This document shows positions 51,837 to 60,407 of a stretch of 64,000 nucleotides of DNA, one piece after another (the stretch's first letter is position 1; each line of letters begins with the position of its first letter). Below the pieces are notes generated by a model. It saw only the letters and a list, made by a program, of their open reading frames with translations. It ran no database searches and was not told the origin of the DNA. Position numbers and translations under genes: made by a program. The stretch is from the NCBI GenBank assembly GCA_963843575.1, contig CAWJKZ010000010.1:320001-384000 (forward strand). The letters run 5' to 3'. The stretch is from an uncultured Acidobacteriota bacterium (GTDB lineage: Bacteria; Acidobacteriota; UBA6911).

Positions 51837-53879
51837 GTGCGTATCCTCCTGTTGGCGTTGCTTTCGGTCGCCGTCGGCGGAGTCGGCCCGAACGAGCAGG
51901 AACTGTTCCGCGACGACTTCTCGCGCTTCCCACCCGGGCTGCTTTCCCAGCCGGTAGGGCAGCTCAACGGCGCAATCCAGGAGTACCACTACCTGCCCCA
52001 TCGCGGTGTACCGCTCGAACCCTGGGCGAATCCGATCATCCACGACGACTCCTGGGCCGTCGGCGACGAGGAGGGCAGGAGTTACCTCGAGCAGCACGGC
52101 GTCAACGACCGCCCCGAGCAATACAACCCGCTCATGATCACCGGCGATCCCGAGTGGGCCGACGCGACCGTGGCAGCGAAGGTGCGTCCGCTTTCGCTGG
52201 AGCAGTTCGCCGGGCTCGTCTTCCGCTACCACCACAACCGCCACTACTACCTGTTCGCCCTGCAGGGGGGAACACGCGCCCGGCTGGCAGTTCGACTCCC
52301 GCTCGAGAAGACGTTTCGCGTAGCCGAGTGGCGGGAACTGGCCGCAGCCCCGTTCGCCTATGACGTCACCCGCTACTACGCGCTCAGGGTCGAGAACGAC
52401 GGAGCGCGCATGCGCGCTTTCGTCGACGGCTCCCTCGTGCTCGAAGCCTCCGACGGCGAGATCCTGAAGGGAAAGGTCGGGGTGGCAGCGAATACTCCCG
52501 CCCGCTTCGCCGAGTTCACCGTGTCGGCTTCCGCCGCCTCGGCCGCCGAGATCCGGCGGAACATGGCGGCGCGGGACAAAACACTGGATGCCCTGCGCGC
52601 CGGCAATCCCAAGCCCCGGCTCTGGAGACGCTTCGAAACGCCGGGATTCGGCGCCGGGCGCAACGTCCGGCTGGGCGATCTCGACGGCGACGGACACCCC
52701 GACCTGCTGATCGGACAGAACATCCCGCGCGTGCGCGGGGACGCCTTCGACCACATCTCCTGCCTGACGGCCGTAAACCTGGAAGGAAAGATGCTCTGGC
52801 AGTCCGGGCGACCCGACCCGCGCAACGGCCTGCTGACAAACGACACCCCCTTCCAGATCCACGACGTCGACGGCGACGGCCGGAACGAAGTCGTGCTCGT
52901 GCGCGATTTCCAGCTGCAGATCCTGGATGGGGCGACGGGAAAGCTTAAAAAACAGGCGTGGATGCCCGAAATGGGGCTCGAAAACAGGGAGCGTCCCTAC
53001 AAACTGCAGCCGGGCGACTCGATCGCGTTCCTCAACCTCAACGGCAACGGGCCGCGGGAAATCCTGCTCAAGGACAGGTACCTCAACTTCTGGATATATT
53101 CGAGCGACCTGAAACAACTGTGGCGTGGCAGCGGCCTCACCGGCCATTACCCGTATGCCTTTGACATCGACGGCGACGGCAAAGAGGAGTTCGCCATCGG
53201 TTACGCGATCTGGCGCCCCGACGGACGCTTGCTCTGGTCGCGCGACGCGGAATTGAAGGACCACGCCGACGGCATCGCGATCGGCAACTTCTCGGGGGAC
53301 CCCGGGCGGCCGCCGATGGTCTACGCCTGCGGCAGCGACGAAGGCTTCCTGTTAATGGACCTGCAGGGCCGGATCCTCAAGCACGTCCGCATCGGGCACG
53401 CTCAGAGCCCGAGCATCGCCAGGTACCGCACCGACCGCCCCGGCCTGCAACTGCTGACCGTGAACTTCTGGCGCAACCCGGGCATTCTCTCGCTGTTCGA
53501 TCACGAGGGGAACCTCCTGAAACAGGAGGAGCCGATCCACTCCGGGAGCCCGCTGCTCCCGGTCAACTGGCGCGGCGACGGACAGGAGTTCGCCCTGCTG
53601 TCCGGTAACGTGCGCGAAGGCGGCATGATCGACGGGGAATTGAGACGCGTCGTCATGTTCCCGGACGACGGCCACCCCGACCTCGCCTGCTATGTCGCCA
53701 ACCTGACCGGCGATCCCCGGGACGAGGTCATCCTGTGGGACACCAAGCAGGTCTGGATCTACACACAGGACCGCCCGTTCTCCGGCAAACGGATCTACGC
53801 GCCCGTCCGGAATCCCGACTACAACGAATCGAACTACCGCACCACCGTGTCGCTGCCGGCCTGGAAGGAACTGCCCTGA
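51837..53879 (+). CDS. Secreted PL11 rhamnogalacturonan-lyase-like FG-GAP/beta-propeller protein with N-terminal DUF1080-like domain
   Basis: Signal peptide; GDPEWAD.TV.AKV..AGLVFRY; Ca-binding loops GDLDGDG, HDVDGDGRNEV, DIDGDGKEE; DHAD; GHAQ; LTGDPRDEV. Confidence 0.7.
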   Translation: MRILLLALLSVAVGGVGPNEQELFRDDFSRFPPGLLSQPVGQLNGAIQEYHYLPHRGVPLEPWANPIIHDDSWAVGDEEGRSYLEQHGVNDRPEQYNPLMITGDPEWADATVAAKVRPLSLEQFAGLVFRYHHNRHYYLFALQGGTRARLAVRLPLEKTFRVAEWRELAAAPFAYDVTRYYALRVENDGARMRAFVDGSLVLEASDGEILKGKVGVAANTPARFAEFTVSASAASAAEIRRNMAARDKTLDALRAGNPKPRLWRRFETPGFGAGRNVRLGDLDGDGHPDLLIGQNIPRVRGDAFDHISCLTAVNLEGKMLWQSGRPDPRNGLLTNDTPFQIHDVDGDGRNEVVLVRDFQLQILDGATGKLKKQAWMPEMGLENRERPYKLQPGDSIAFLNLNGNGPREILLKDRYLNFWIYSSDLKQLWRGSGLTGHYPYAFDIDGDGKEEFAIGYAIWRPDGRLLWSRDAELKDHADGIAIGNFSGDPGRPPMVYACGSDEGFLLMDLQGRILKHVRIGHAQSPSIARYRTDRPGLQLLTVNFWRNPGILSLFDHEGNLLKQEEPIHSGSPLLPVNWRGDGQEFALLSGNVREGGMIDGELRRVVMFPDDGHPDLACYVANLTGDPRDEVILWDTKQVWIYTQDRPFSGKRIYAPVRNPDYNESNYRTTVSLPAWKELP

Positions 53880-53899
53880 GGTGGGCGGTGTTTTTCTAA

Positions 53900-54068
53900 G
53901 TACACAGTCACACGGGCGATGAAAAACAAAAGCGAAAACAGAACGCAGATTCCGCGGATCCAACGGATTCACGCGGATCGACCGCGGCCTGTCGCCAGGT
54001 CGATCTGTGGGGATCCGCGCGCATCCGCGTCCTGAAAAATACGTTAGCGTATTTGTGAACATAAGTAC
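53900..54068 (+). mobile_element. Repeat family B, copy 2
   Basis: CACGGGCGATGAAAAACAAAAGC...GAACGCAGATTCCGCGGATCCAACGGATTCACGCGGATC...AATACGTTAGCGTATTTGTGAACATAAGTAC. Confidence 0.8.
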
Positions 54069-54105
54069 TACGTGGTTGTTCAGGTAAGGCGCGTCCGGAG
54101 GCTTG

Positions 54106-55011
54106 TCAATCCCGGCGCTGCAAGACGTCGAGGAATGCCTTGGCGGCGTGGCTCAGGGAGCGGCGCGCCGGGTAGACAAGCCTGATCTTGCGCTCCACGT
54201 AGAGCTCGTCGACCCTGACTTCGTTCAGCGTCCCCGCCTCCAGCTCCGGTTCGACGCACATCCTCGGCAGGAACGCCACCCCTTCGTTGCGCTGCACGAG
54301 GATGCGAATCGATTCGACCGTCGGCATCTCCACCTCCATGTGAAGCGGCACCTTGTGCCGCTGAAACTCCTTGAGGACGATTTCCCGATACGGCGACCTC
54401 ACGTTGTGCGCGATAAAGGTCTCCATCCCCAGCTCCGTTATGCTCACCGATTCCCTGCCCGCAAACCGGTGTTCCGGGGAGATCACAAAAGCGAGGTGGT
54501 CGTTGTATATCTCGCGCGACTCGAGCCGGTCGTCTTCGGGATCGTAGCTGATAACCCCGAGCTCCAGGTCCCCGTCGATCAGCTGGCCCGGAATCCGGCT
54601 CGACAGGCTGCGCCGTACCTGCACTTTCACCATCGGATACAGGAGGCGATAGCGCCGTATCGCCGGAAGCATGTAGAGGGTCGTCGATTCGTTCGCCCCC
54701 ATGACCAGGACGCCCGCCGCGTTGTCACGCAGCTCAGCCAACGCGTTCACCAAGTCCCGGTGCAGGTTCTCGAAACGGCGCGCATAGTCAAGAACGAGCT
54801 CGCCGGCGTCGGTCAACAGCAGCTCCCGCCCCGCCCTGTCGATCAGCTTTTCCCCCAGGTCCCCCTCGAGCCGCCGCACCATCATCGAGACCGCCGGCTG
54901 CGTGCGCAACAACCGCTCCGCCGCCCTCGAGAAGCTTCTCTCCGTGGCAACCGCTTGAAACACTTGGATTGGATAAAGATCAACGTTGTTGATTCTCTTT
55001 TTTTCTTCCAT
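54106..55011 (-). CDS. LysR-family transcriptional regulator
   Basis: FQAVATERSFSRAAERLLRTQPAVS...LTDAG; C-terminal substrate-binding domain. Confidence 0.95.
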   Translation of the reverse strand: MEEKKRINNVDLYPIQVFQAVATERSFSRAAERLLRTQPAVSMMVRRLEGDLGEKLIDRAGRELLLTDAGELVLDYARRFENLHRDLVNALAELRDNAAGVLVMGANESTTLYMLPAIRRYRLLYPMVKVQVRRSLSSRIPGQLIDGDLELGVISYDPEDDRLESREIYNDHLAFVISPEHRFAGRESVSITELGMETFIAHNVRSPYREIVLKEFQRHKVPLHMEVEMPTVESIRILVQRNEGVAFLPRMCVEPELEAGTLNEVRVDELYVERKIRLVYPARRSLSHAAKAFLDVLQRRD

Positions 55012-55151
55012 AAGCATTAGCTTATATCATAAACACAATTTATATTCATGAATCACACTATAAATTGGCTAACAAGCTCCTGGACGTGAATAATCGCTTT
55101 CATGGCGGGCCGAGGAATGCCGCCCGCAGGTCAGGAAAAGGAGAGGAAGCG

Positions 55152-56321
55152 ATGATTGGTCATGTCTGCGTTTTCGATACGACGTTGAGGGATGGCGAGC
55201 AGTCGCCGGGCTGCAGTATGACGGTGGATGAGAAGCTGAAGATGGCGGCCAGACTCGAAGCCCTGGGGGTGGAGATTATCGAAGCGGGTTTCCCGATCGC
55301 CTCAGAGGGTGATTTCGTTGCGGTGGACTCAATCAGCCGGCAGTTTTCCGGGATGCGGGTGGCGGCGTTGGCGCGCGCCTGCCGGAAGGACATCGAGCGC
55401 GCGGCCGAGGCACTGCGCCACGCCCGTCGTCCGCGGCTTCACACCTTCATGGCCACGAGCGACATCCATCTCCAGTACAAATTGAAGAAGACGCGGCAGC
55501 AGGTGATCGACGAGACCGTCGAGGCGGTCCGGTTGGCCCGCAGCCTGGTCGACGACGTGGAGTTCTCGGCGGAGGACGCCACCCGCACGGATCCGGAGTA
55601 TCTCGAAGAAGTCTGCAAGGCTGCGGTCGCGGCGGGTGCCGGGACCGTCAACCTCCCCGACACGGTGGGATACTCCACGCCGGAGGAATTCGCCGGCATG
55701 ATCCGGCGCATGGCGAACGTGCTCGCCGGTGCCGTCGTAAGCGTCCACTGCCACAACGACCTGGGCCTGGCGACGGCCAACTCGCTCGCGGCCGTGTTGG
55801 CGGGAGCCCGGCAGGTGGAGTGCACGATCAACGGTATCGGGGAGCGGGCGGGCAACTGCTCGCTCGAAGAGGTGGTGATGGCGATAAAGACGCGCCAGGA
55901 CCGGTTCCCGTTTCAGACCGGGATCGTGACCGAACAGCTCTATCCCGCCAGCCAGCTCCTGAGCCAGATCATCAGCTTCGGCCCTCAACCCAACAAGGCG
56001 ATCGTGGGGCGCAACGCCTTTGCTCACGAGGCCGGCATTCACCAGGACGGGTTCCTGAAGGAGCGCACCACCTACGAGATCATGGATCCCAAGTCCGTGG
56101 GGATCCCGGCGAGCCGGCTGGTGCTCGGGAAACACAGCGGCCGACACGCCCTGCGCGACCGGTGCGAGCATCTGGGCTTCGCGCTCACGCGGGAGGAGCT
56201 CGACGCCGTGTATGAAAGCTTCATCGCCTACACGGACCGCAAGAAGGGCATTCTCGACGAGGAGATCAGCGACCTGGTGAGCGAGGTCGTGGCGCGGTTT
56301 TCCCAGGCAGCAAACGAGTGA
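55152..56321 (+). CDS. leuA: 2-isopropylmalate synthase, short form without the C-terminal regulatory domain
   Basis: FDTTLRDGEQSPG, EFSAEDATR, SVHCHNDLGLA, NGIGERAGN, AHEAGIHQDG, LGKHSGR; ends at about 389 aa. Confidence 0.85.
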   Translation: MIGHVCVFDTTLRDGEQSPGCSMTVDEKLKMAARLEALGVEIIEAGFPIASEGDFVAVDSISRQFSGMRVAALARACRKDIERAAEALRHARRPRLHTFMATSDIHLQYKLKKTRQQVIDETVEAVRLARSLVDDVEFSAEDATRTDPEYLEEVCKAAVAAGAGTVNLPDTVGYSTPEEFAGMIRRMANVLAGAVVSVHCHNDLGLATANSLAAVLAGARQVECTINGIGERAGNCSLEEVVMAIKTRQDRFPFQTGIVTEQLYPASQLLSQIISFGPQPNKAIVGRNAFAHEAGIHQDGFLKERTTYEIMDPKSVGIPASRLVLGKHSGRHALRDRCEHLGFALTREELDAVYESFIAYTDRKKGILDEEISDLVSEVVARFSQAANE

Positions 56322-56609
56322 TGCGCGGGTGAGAGGCAATCCGTACCCTCCGCGGCGGGGCGCGGCGCCGCAGTGCGCCGCGTCCCCGGTCAAACGCCGC
56401 CCTCTGCACCCGCACAACCGGTCCGAACCTCAACCGGGGAGCGGCCCGCCCGTACCCAGCCTTCACGCCGAATCCCAACCGGTTAATACCCACAAGAAAA
56501 AGCTGCCCTGGACGGGCCTGTCGGGGGTAAGGTGTTGGCGTGTCCGCTACATACCGTAGTCGTCTCGTTTCCGGCTCTACCTTCATCATGGCCTGAGGAG
56601 GCATCAAAC

Positions 56610-58151
56610 ATGGCACCCGACATCAACCGCCGTACATTTCTTGAAACCGCGGCCGCGTCTGCCGCCGCGTTCACCATAGTCCCGAGGCATGTGCTCGGGG
56701 GGCCGGGATACGTCGCCCCGAGCGACAAGATCGCCCTGGCCCACATCGGCTTCGGCACCCAATCGATCCGCGAGGTGGGGGCCCTGCTCGAGAGCCCGGA
56801 TATCCAGATCGTCGCCGTCGCCGACCCCGAAAAGGACGGCCTTCACTACGTGGAGTGGGGCAAGGGCCAGATCCGCGAAACGGTGCGCAAGATGATCGAT
56901 AACCCGTCCTGGCGGCAGGGCGCCGACCATGTCCCCGGCGGCCGCGACGTCGGGAAGGAAATCGTCGAAACCTACTACGCCAAAAAGAGGGCTGCCGACA
57001 GTTTCAAGGGGTGCAACACGTATGTCGATTTCCGCGAGCTGTTGGACAAGGAAAAGGACGTCGACGCCGTGAAGGTGATGACCCCGGACCACCTTCACGC
57101 CACCGTCGCCATCGCCGCCATGAAGAAGGGCAAACACGTGCTCCTGGCCAAGCCCATCGGCAACCGGCTGGCGGAGGCAAGGCTGGTGATCGAAACCGCG
57201 CGCCAGACCAAGGTGGGCACCCACTTTCTCCCGGCGAGCGATGGAGCTCAGATTCAACTGGCGCTCGACTGGATCAAAGACGGCGCCATCGGCACGCTGC
57301 GGGAGATCCACAACTGGTCCGCACGGCCGATGTGGCCCCAGTACCCCGTCATCCCGACGGACCGGCCTCCTATCCCCAAGGACTTCGACTGGAACATGTG
57401 GCTCGGCCCCGCGCTCGATCGCCCGTATCACCCGCACTATACCCACACCGTTTTCCGCGGCTGGTACGATTTCGGCGGCGGCCCCATAGCCGACATGGGC
57501 CATTACAGCCTGTGGAACGTATTCCGCTTCTTGAACCTGGACTCCCCGTACTGCGTCGAAACCAACCCCACACACATCTGCGCGGTTGCCGACGGCGTGA
57601 GCACCCGGGTCAAGAACGACTACTCCTTCCCGGTGGCGAGCACGATCCGAATGAGGTTCGCGGCCAAGGGTGACAGGCCGGCCATGGACATCATCTGGTA
57701 CGACGGCGGCATCAAGCCGCAGCCGCCGGAGGAAGTCTCGGCAGACAACAAGGACCTCGAATCGGAAGGGATGCTCTACGTCGGCGACAAGGGGAAGATA
57801 CTCGCCGGGTTCCGAGGCGAGAATCCACGCCTCATCCCCGAGGCCAGGATGGCACAGTACCGGACCGCGAAAAACTTGCCCGAACCCCCGCCGCGGGCCG
57901 AGCGCGGAGCTCGCGCCGCGGGCCAGCCGCCGCGCGAGATACCCTGGGTTGCCACGTTCAGGGGCGGGCCCCCGACCTACGGGAATTTCCTGTTCGGCAT
58001 TCCCATTTCGGACGCCTTCAACCTGGCGTCTATTTCGCTGCGACTCGGCGGCAAAAAGCTCCTCTGGGACGCCGCGAACGCGACGATCACTAACCTCCCC
58101 GAGGCGAACAAATACCTCGTCCGCGAATACCGCAAGGGCTGGGAGCTGTAA
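56610..58151 (+). CDS. Gfo/Idh/MocA oxidoreductase with Tat signal
   Basis: INRRTFL, IVPRHVLGG, TPDHLHA, WYDFGGGPIADMGHY, REYRKGWEL. Confidence 0.9.
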   Translation: MAPDINRRTFLETAAASAAAFTIVPRHVLGGPGYVAPSDKIALAHIGFGTQSIREVGALLESPDIQIVAVADPEKDGLHYVEWGKGQIRETVRKMIDNPSWRQGADHVPGGRDVGKEIVETYYAKKRAADSFKGCNTYVDFRELLDKEKDVDAVKVMTPDHLHATVAIAAMKKGKHVLLAKPIGNRLAEARLVIETARQTKVGTHFLPASDGAQIQLALDWIKDGAIGTLREIHNWSARPMWPQYPVIPTDRPPIPKDFDWNMWLGPALDRPYHPHYTHTVFRGWYDFGGGPIADMGHYSLWNVFRFLNLDSPYCVETNPTHICAVADGVSTRVKNDYSFPVASTIRMRFAAKGDRPAMDIIWYDGGIKPQPPEEVSADNKDLESEGMLYVGDKGKILAGFRGENPRLIPEARMAQYRTAKNLPEPPPRAERGARAAGQPPREIPWVATFRGGPPTYGNFLFGIPISDAFNLASISLRLGGKKLLWDAANATITNLPEANKYLVREYRKGWEL

Positions 58152-58156
58152 GCGCA

Positions 58157-58192
58157 TCGAGGGCCGCGGCGGGAGTCCGCCGCGGCCCTCGA
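58157..58192. terminator. 16-bp perfect hairpin after the oxidoreductase (no U-tract)
   Basis: TCGAGGGCCGCGGCGG-GAGT-CCGCCGCGGCCCTCGA. Confidence 0.55.
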
Positions 58193-58442
58193 ATTCTTCC
58201 CGACCGGCAATTCCCTCAGTGACCTCGTCGAACTGAACGTGCCCGGTCCCTCCCCTGTTGCCGGTCGCAGAATCATGGACCTGCCGCCGCCCAAAACTGC
58301 GCTGATCGTGCTGGTCGGACGCGGCGGCGACTTCGTCGCCCCCAACGGCAGCACTATGCTGGAAACAGGGGATACCCTGCTCGTGCTCGCCGGCAAGGAC
58401 GACGTCCCTCCGCTGCGCGCGCTCGTCGAACCGCCCCCATAG
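58185..58442 (+). pseudogene. 3' remnant (TrkA-C/RCK-C domain) of a CvrA-type K+/H+ antiporter
   Basis: ALEFFPTGNSLSDLVELNVPGPSPVAGRRIMDL..TALIVLVGRGGDFVAPNGSTMLETGDTLLVLA; no transporter domain upstream. Confidence 0.65.
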
Positions 58443-58468
58443 GCTGACTGGATCCGGCCGACAACGGA

Positions 58469-58639
58469 TTACTCGAGTACCCGGTGGGTGGTGTAGGAGA
58501 CCTGCACGGGAACTAGTTTCTGGAATTTCACGCGAATGACGACCTGATAGGCTTTCGGCAGCGCCCCACCCACCAATCCAACCCGCCGGACCAGCTCTTT
58601 GGCGTACGTCGGCTGGGTCACGTAGTCGACCGCCCCCCG
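58469..58639 (-). pseudogene. 3' remnant of an Acidobacteria-type hypothetical or regulatory protein
   Basis: Manual translation GAVDYVTQPTYAKELVRRVGLVGGALPKAYQVVIRVKFQKLVPVQVSYTTHRVLE*; no start codon; recalled resemblance to C-termini of an expanded acidobacterial family. Confidence 0.5.
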
Positions 58640-58640
58640 C

Positions 58641-58845
58641 TCTCCAGAAAACGATGAAGATCACCGAAGGTCACCGCATTTCCTTCCGGGCCGAGTTCTT
58701 CAATATCTTCAACCGCGTACATCTCGGCAATCCCGGAACCAACATCTCCTCGTCGTCCTTCGGGCGCATCACGTCGGTCATGAACCGTGAAATCGGGACG
58801 GGAACGCCGCGACAGATCCAGTTCATGCTGCGTTACGCCTTCTGA
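58641..58845 (+). pseudogene. 3' remnant of an Oar-type TonB-dependent receptor
   Basis: LQKTMKITEGHRISFRAEFFNIFNRVHLGNP...FGRITS...PRQIQFMLRYAF, the final beta strands with terminal Phe. Confidence 0.8.
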
Positions 58846-58976
58846 AAACCTGCAAGTCGGTTCCTCGAGAACTGAGATGCCTGCGTAATTGTCGACCATG
58901 GCCGGGACCAGACGTCCCGGCCATGGCGATTTGTGGAAGTAAGCCAACCAACATCCCGTGATAAAATTGAGATACT

Positions 58977-60056
58977 ATGCGCAAAACCTGGCTGCCCCTG
59001 TTGATGCTGGCGCTGGCTGCTGCCTGCGCGCGGACAACTCCTCCGGACGTTCATCCTTCGCTGGCCACTGAATCGGTGACCGACGATCCGGACGATCCCA
59101 CGATCTGGGTCAATCCCTCCGATCCGAGCCGCAGCATTATCGTCGGGACCAACAAGGTCCCGGCACCGAAAGGCGCGCTCGTGGTCTTCGGGCTGGACGG
59201 GAAGATCCGCCAGACGATCGCCAACCTCGACCGGCCCAACAACGTCGACATCGAATACGGTCTTCAACTCGGCGGGCAACCTGTGGACATCGCGGTCACC
59301 ACGGAGCGCCTGAAACGGCGCCTGCGCGTGTACAAGATCGAACCCGAAGGGACCCTGACCGACATCTCTTCGGAATCCGGCCTGAATGTCTTCGAGGGCG
59401 AGCAGGGGGAAAACGGTGCCCCGATGGGCATCAGCCTCTACTGCCGGCCCAGCGACAAGGCCATCTTCGCCATAGTCAGCCCGAAGGAAGGCCCGAACGA
59501 CGGCTACCTCTGGCAATACCGGCTGTCGGACGACGGCACGGGAAAGGTCAAGGCGGAGAAGGTGCGCCGTTTCGGCCGCTACAGCGGGGGTACCGAAATC
59601 GAGGCGGTCGCCGTCGACGACGCCCTCGGCTTTGTGTATTACGCGGATGAAGGCGACGGCATCCACAAGTACCATGCCGATCCAGACCACCCTGACGCTG
59701 CACGCGAGCTGGCCCACTTCGGCAAGACCGACTTCAAGGCCGATCGCGAAGGGATTGCGATTTACGCCCACAGCGGCGGGACCGGGTACATCCTCTGCAC
59801 CGATCAGCTGGACGGCAACAGCCAGTACCGCATTTACCGGCGCGAAGGCACGCCTGCCCATCCGCACGACCACAGCGAACTGCTCAAGAGTGTCGGGGGC
59901 GGGGCCGATGGGACCGACGGGATTGAAGCAACCTCTGCGGCGCTGGGGCCATTGTTCCCCAACGGCATGGTGGTGGCGATGAACAGTGGGGCCAAGAACT
60001 TCCTGGTGTTCCGGTGGGAGGACTTCGCCGGCTCGGGCTCCGTCAAGCTGAAGTAA
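58977..60056 (+). CDS. Beta-propeller phytase (3-phytase), lipoprotein
   Basis: LAAAC lipobox, DDPDDPTIWV, NNVDI, EIEAVAVDD, YYADEGDGI, DREGIAIY, TDGIE, FPNG. Confidence 0.92.
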   Translation: MRKTWLPLLMLALAAACARTTPPDVHPSLATESVTDDPDDPTIWVNPSDPSRSIIVGTNKVPAPKGALVVFGLDGKIRQTIANLDRPNNVDIEYGLQLGGQPVDIAVTTERLKRRLRVYKIEPEGTLTDISSESGLNVFEGEQGENGAPMGISLYCRPSDKAIFAIVSPKEGPNDGYLWQYRLSDDGTGKVKAEKVRRFGRYSGGTEIEAVAVDDALGFVYYADEGDGIHKYHADPDHPDAARELAHFGKTDFKADREGIAIYAHSGGTGYILCTDQLDGNSQYRIYRREGTPAHPHDHSELLKSVGGGADGTDGIEATSAALGPLFPNGMVVAMNSGAKNFLVFRWEDFAGSGSVKLK

Positions 60057-60084
60057 GGGTCTGTCACAGAATATGAGGCCCTAA

Positions 60085-60255
60085 GTACTGATGTTCACAA
60101 ATACCCTAACGTATTTTTCAGGACGCGGATGCGCGCGGATCCCCACAGATCGACCTGGCGACAGGACGCGGTCGATCCGCGTGAATCCGTTGGATCCGCG
60201 GAATCTGCGTTCTGTTTTGGCTTTTGTTTTTCATCGCCCGTGTTGTTCTGCGTAC
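60085..60255 (-). mobile_element. Repeat family B, copy 3 (inverted)
   Basis: TAA|GTACTGATGTTCACAAATAC...GTTCTGCGTAC|TAA; reverse complement of copies 1 and 2. Confidence 0.8.
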
Positions 60256-60407
60256 TAAGCCTCCGCGGTTTTCGCGATTCCTTGAGTCCTTCGGGCGTGA
60301 AATAGACCTCGCAGGTTCGAAGAATCTCGAATGCGAGTTCTGAAATCACACGCTGCCGCAATACCCCGCCGAAGTGTTATGCTCCATTTTTTCGTGAGGA
60401 TAGTGAC

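Noticed and set aside
51448-54068. CRISPR array or integron attC interpretation of the repeats
   Set aside because: Copies are long and dispersed with no repeat-spacer periodicity; no cas or intI gene; ends lack the RYYYAAC/GTTRRRY attC boxes.
58445-58640. Group II intron remnant
   Set aside because: No domain V consensus; the minus strand is better explained as a protein C-terminal fragment.
56604-58664. 686-aa minus-strand ORF, and similar ones at 2075-3820, 28356-30092 and 51465-53264
   Set aside because: Each overlaps a well-supported gene on the opposite strand and has no family motifs.
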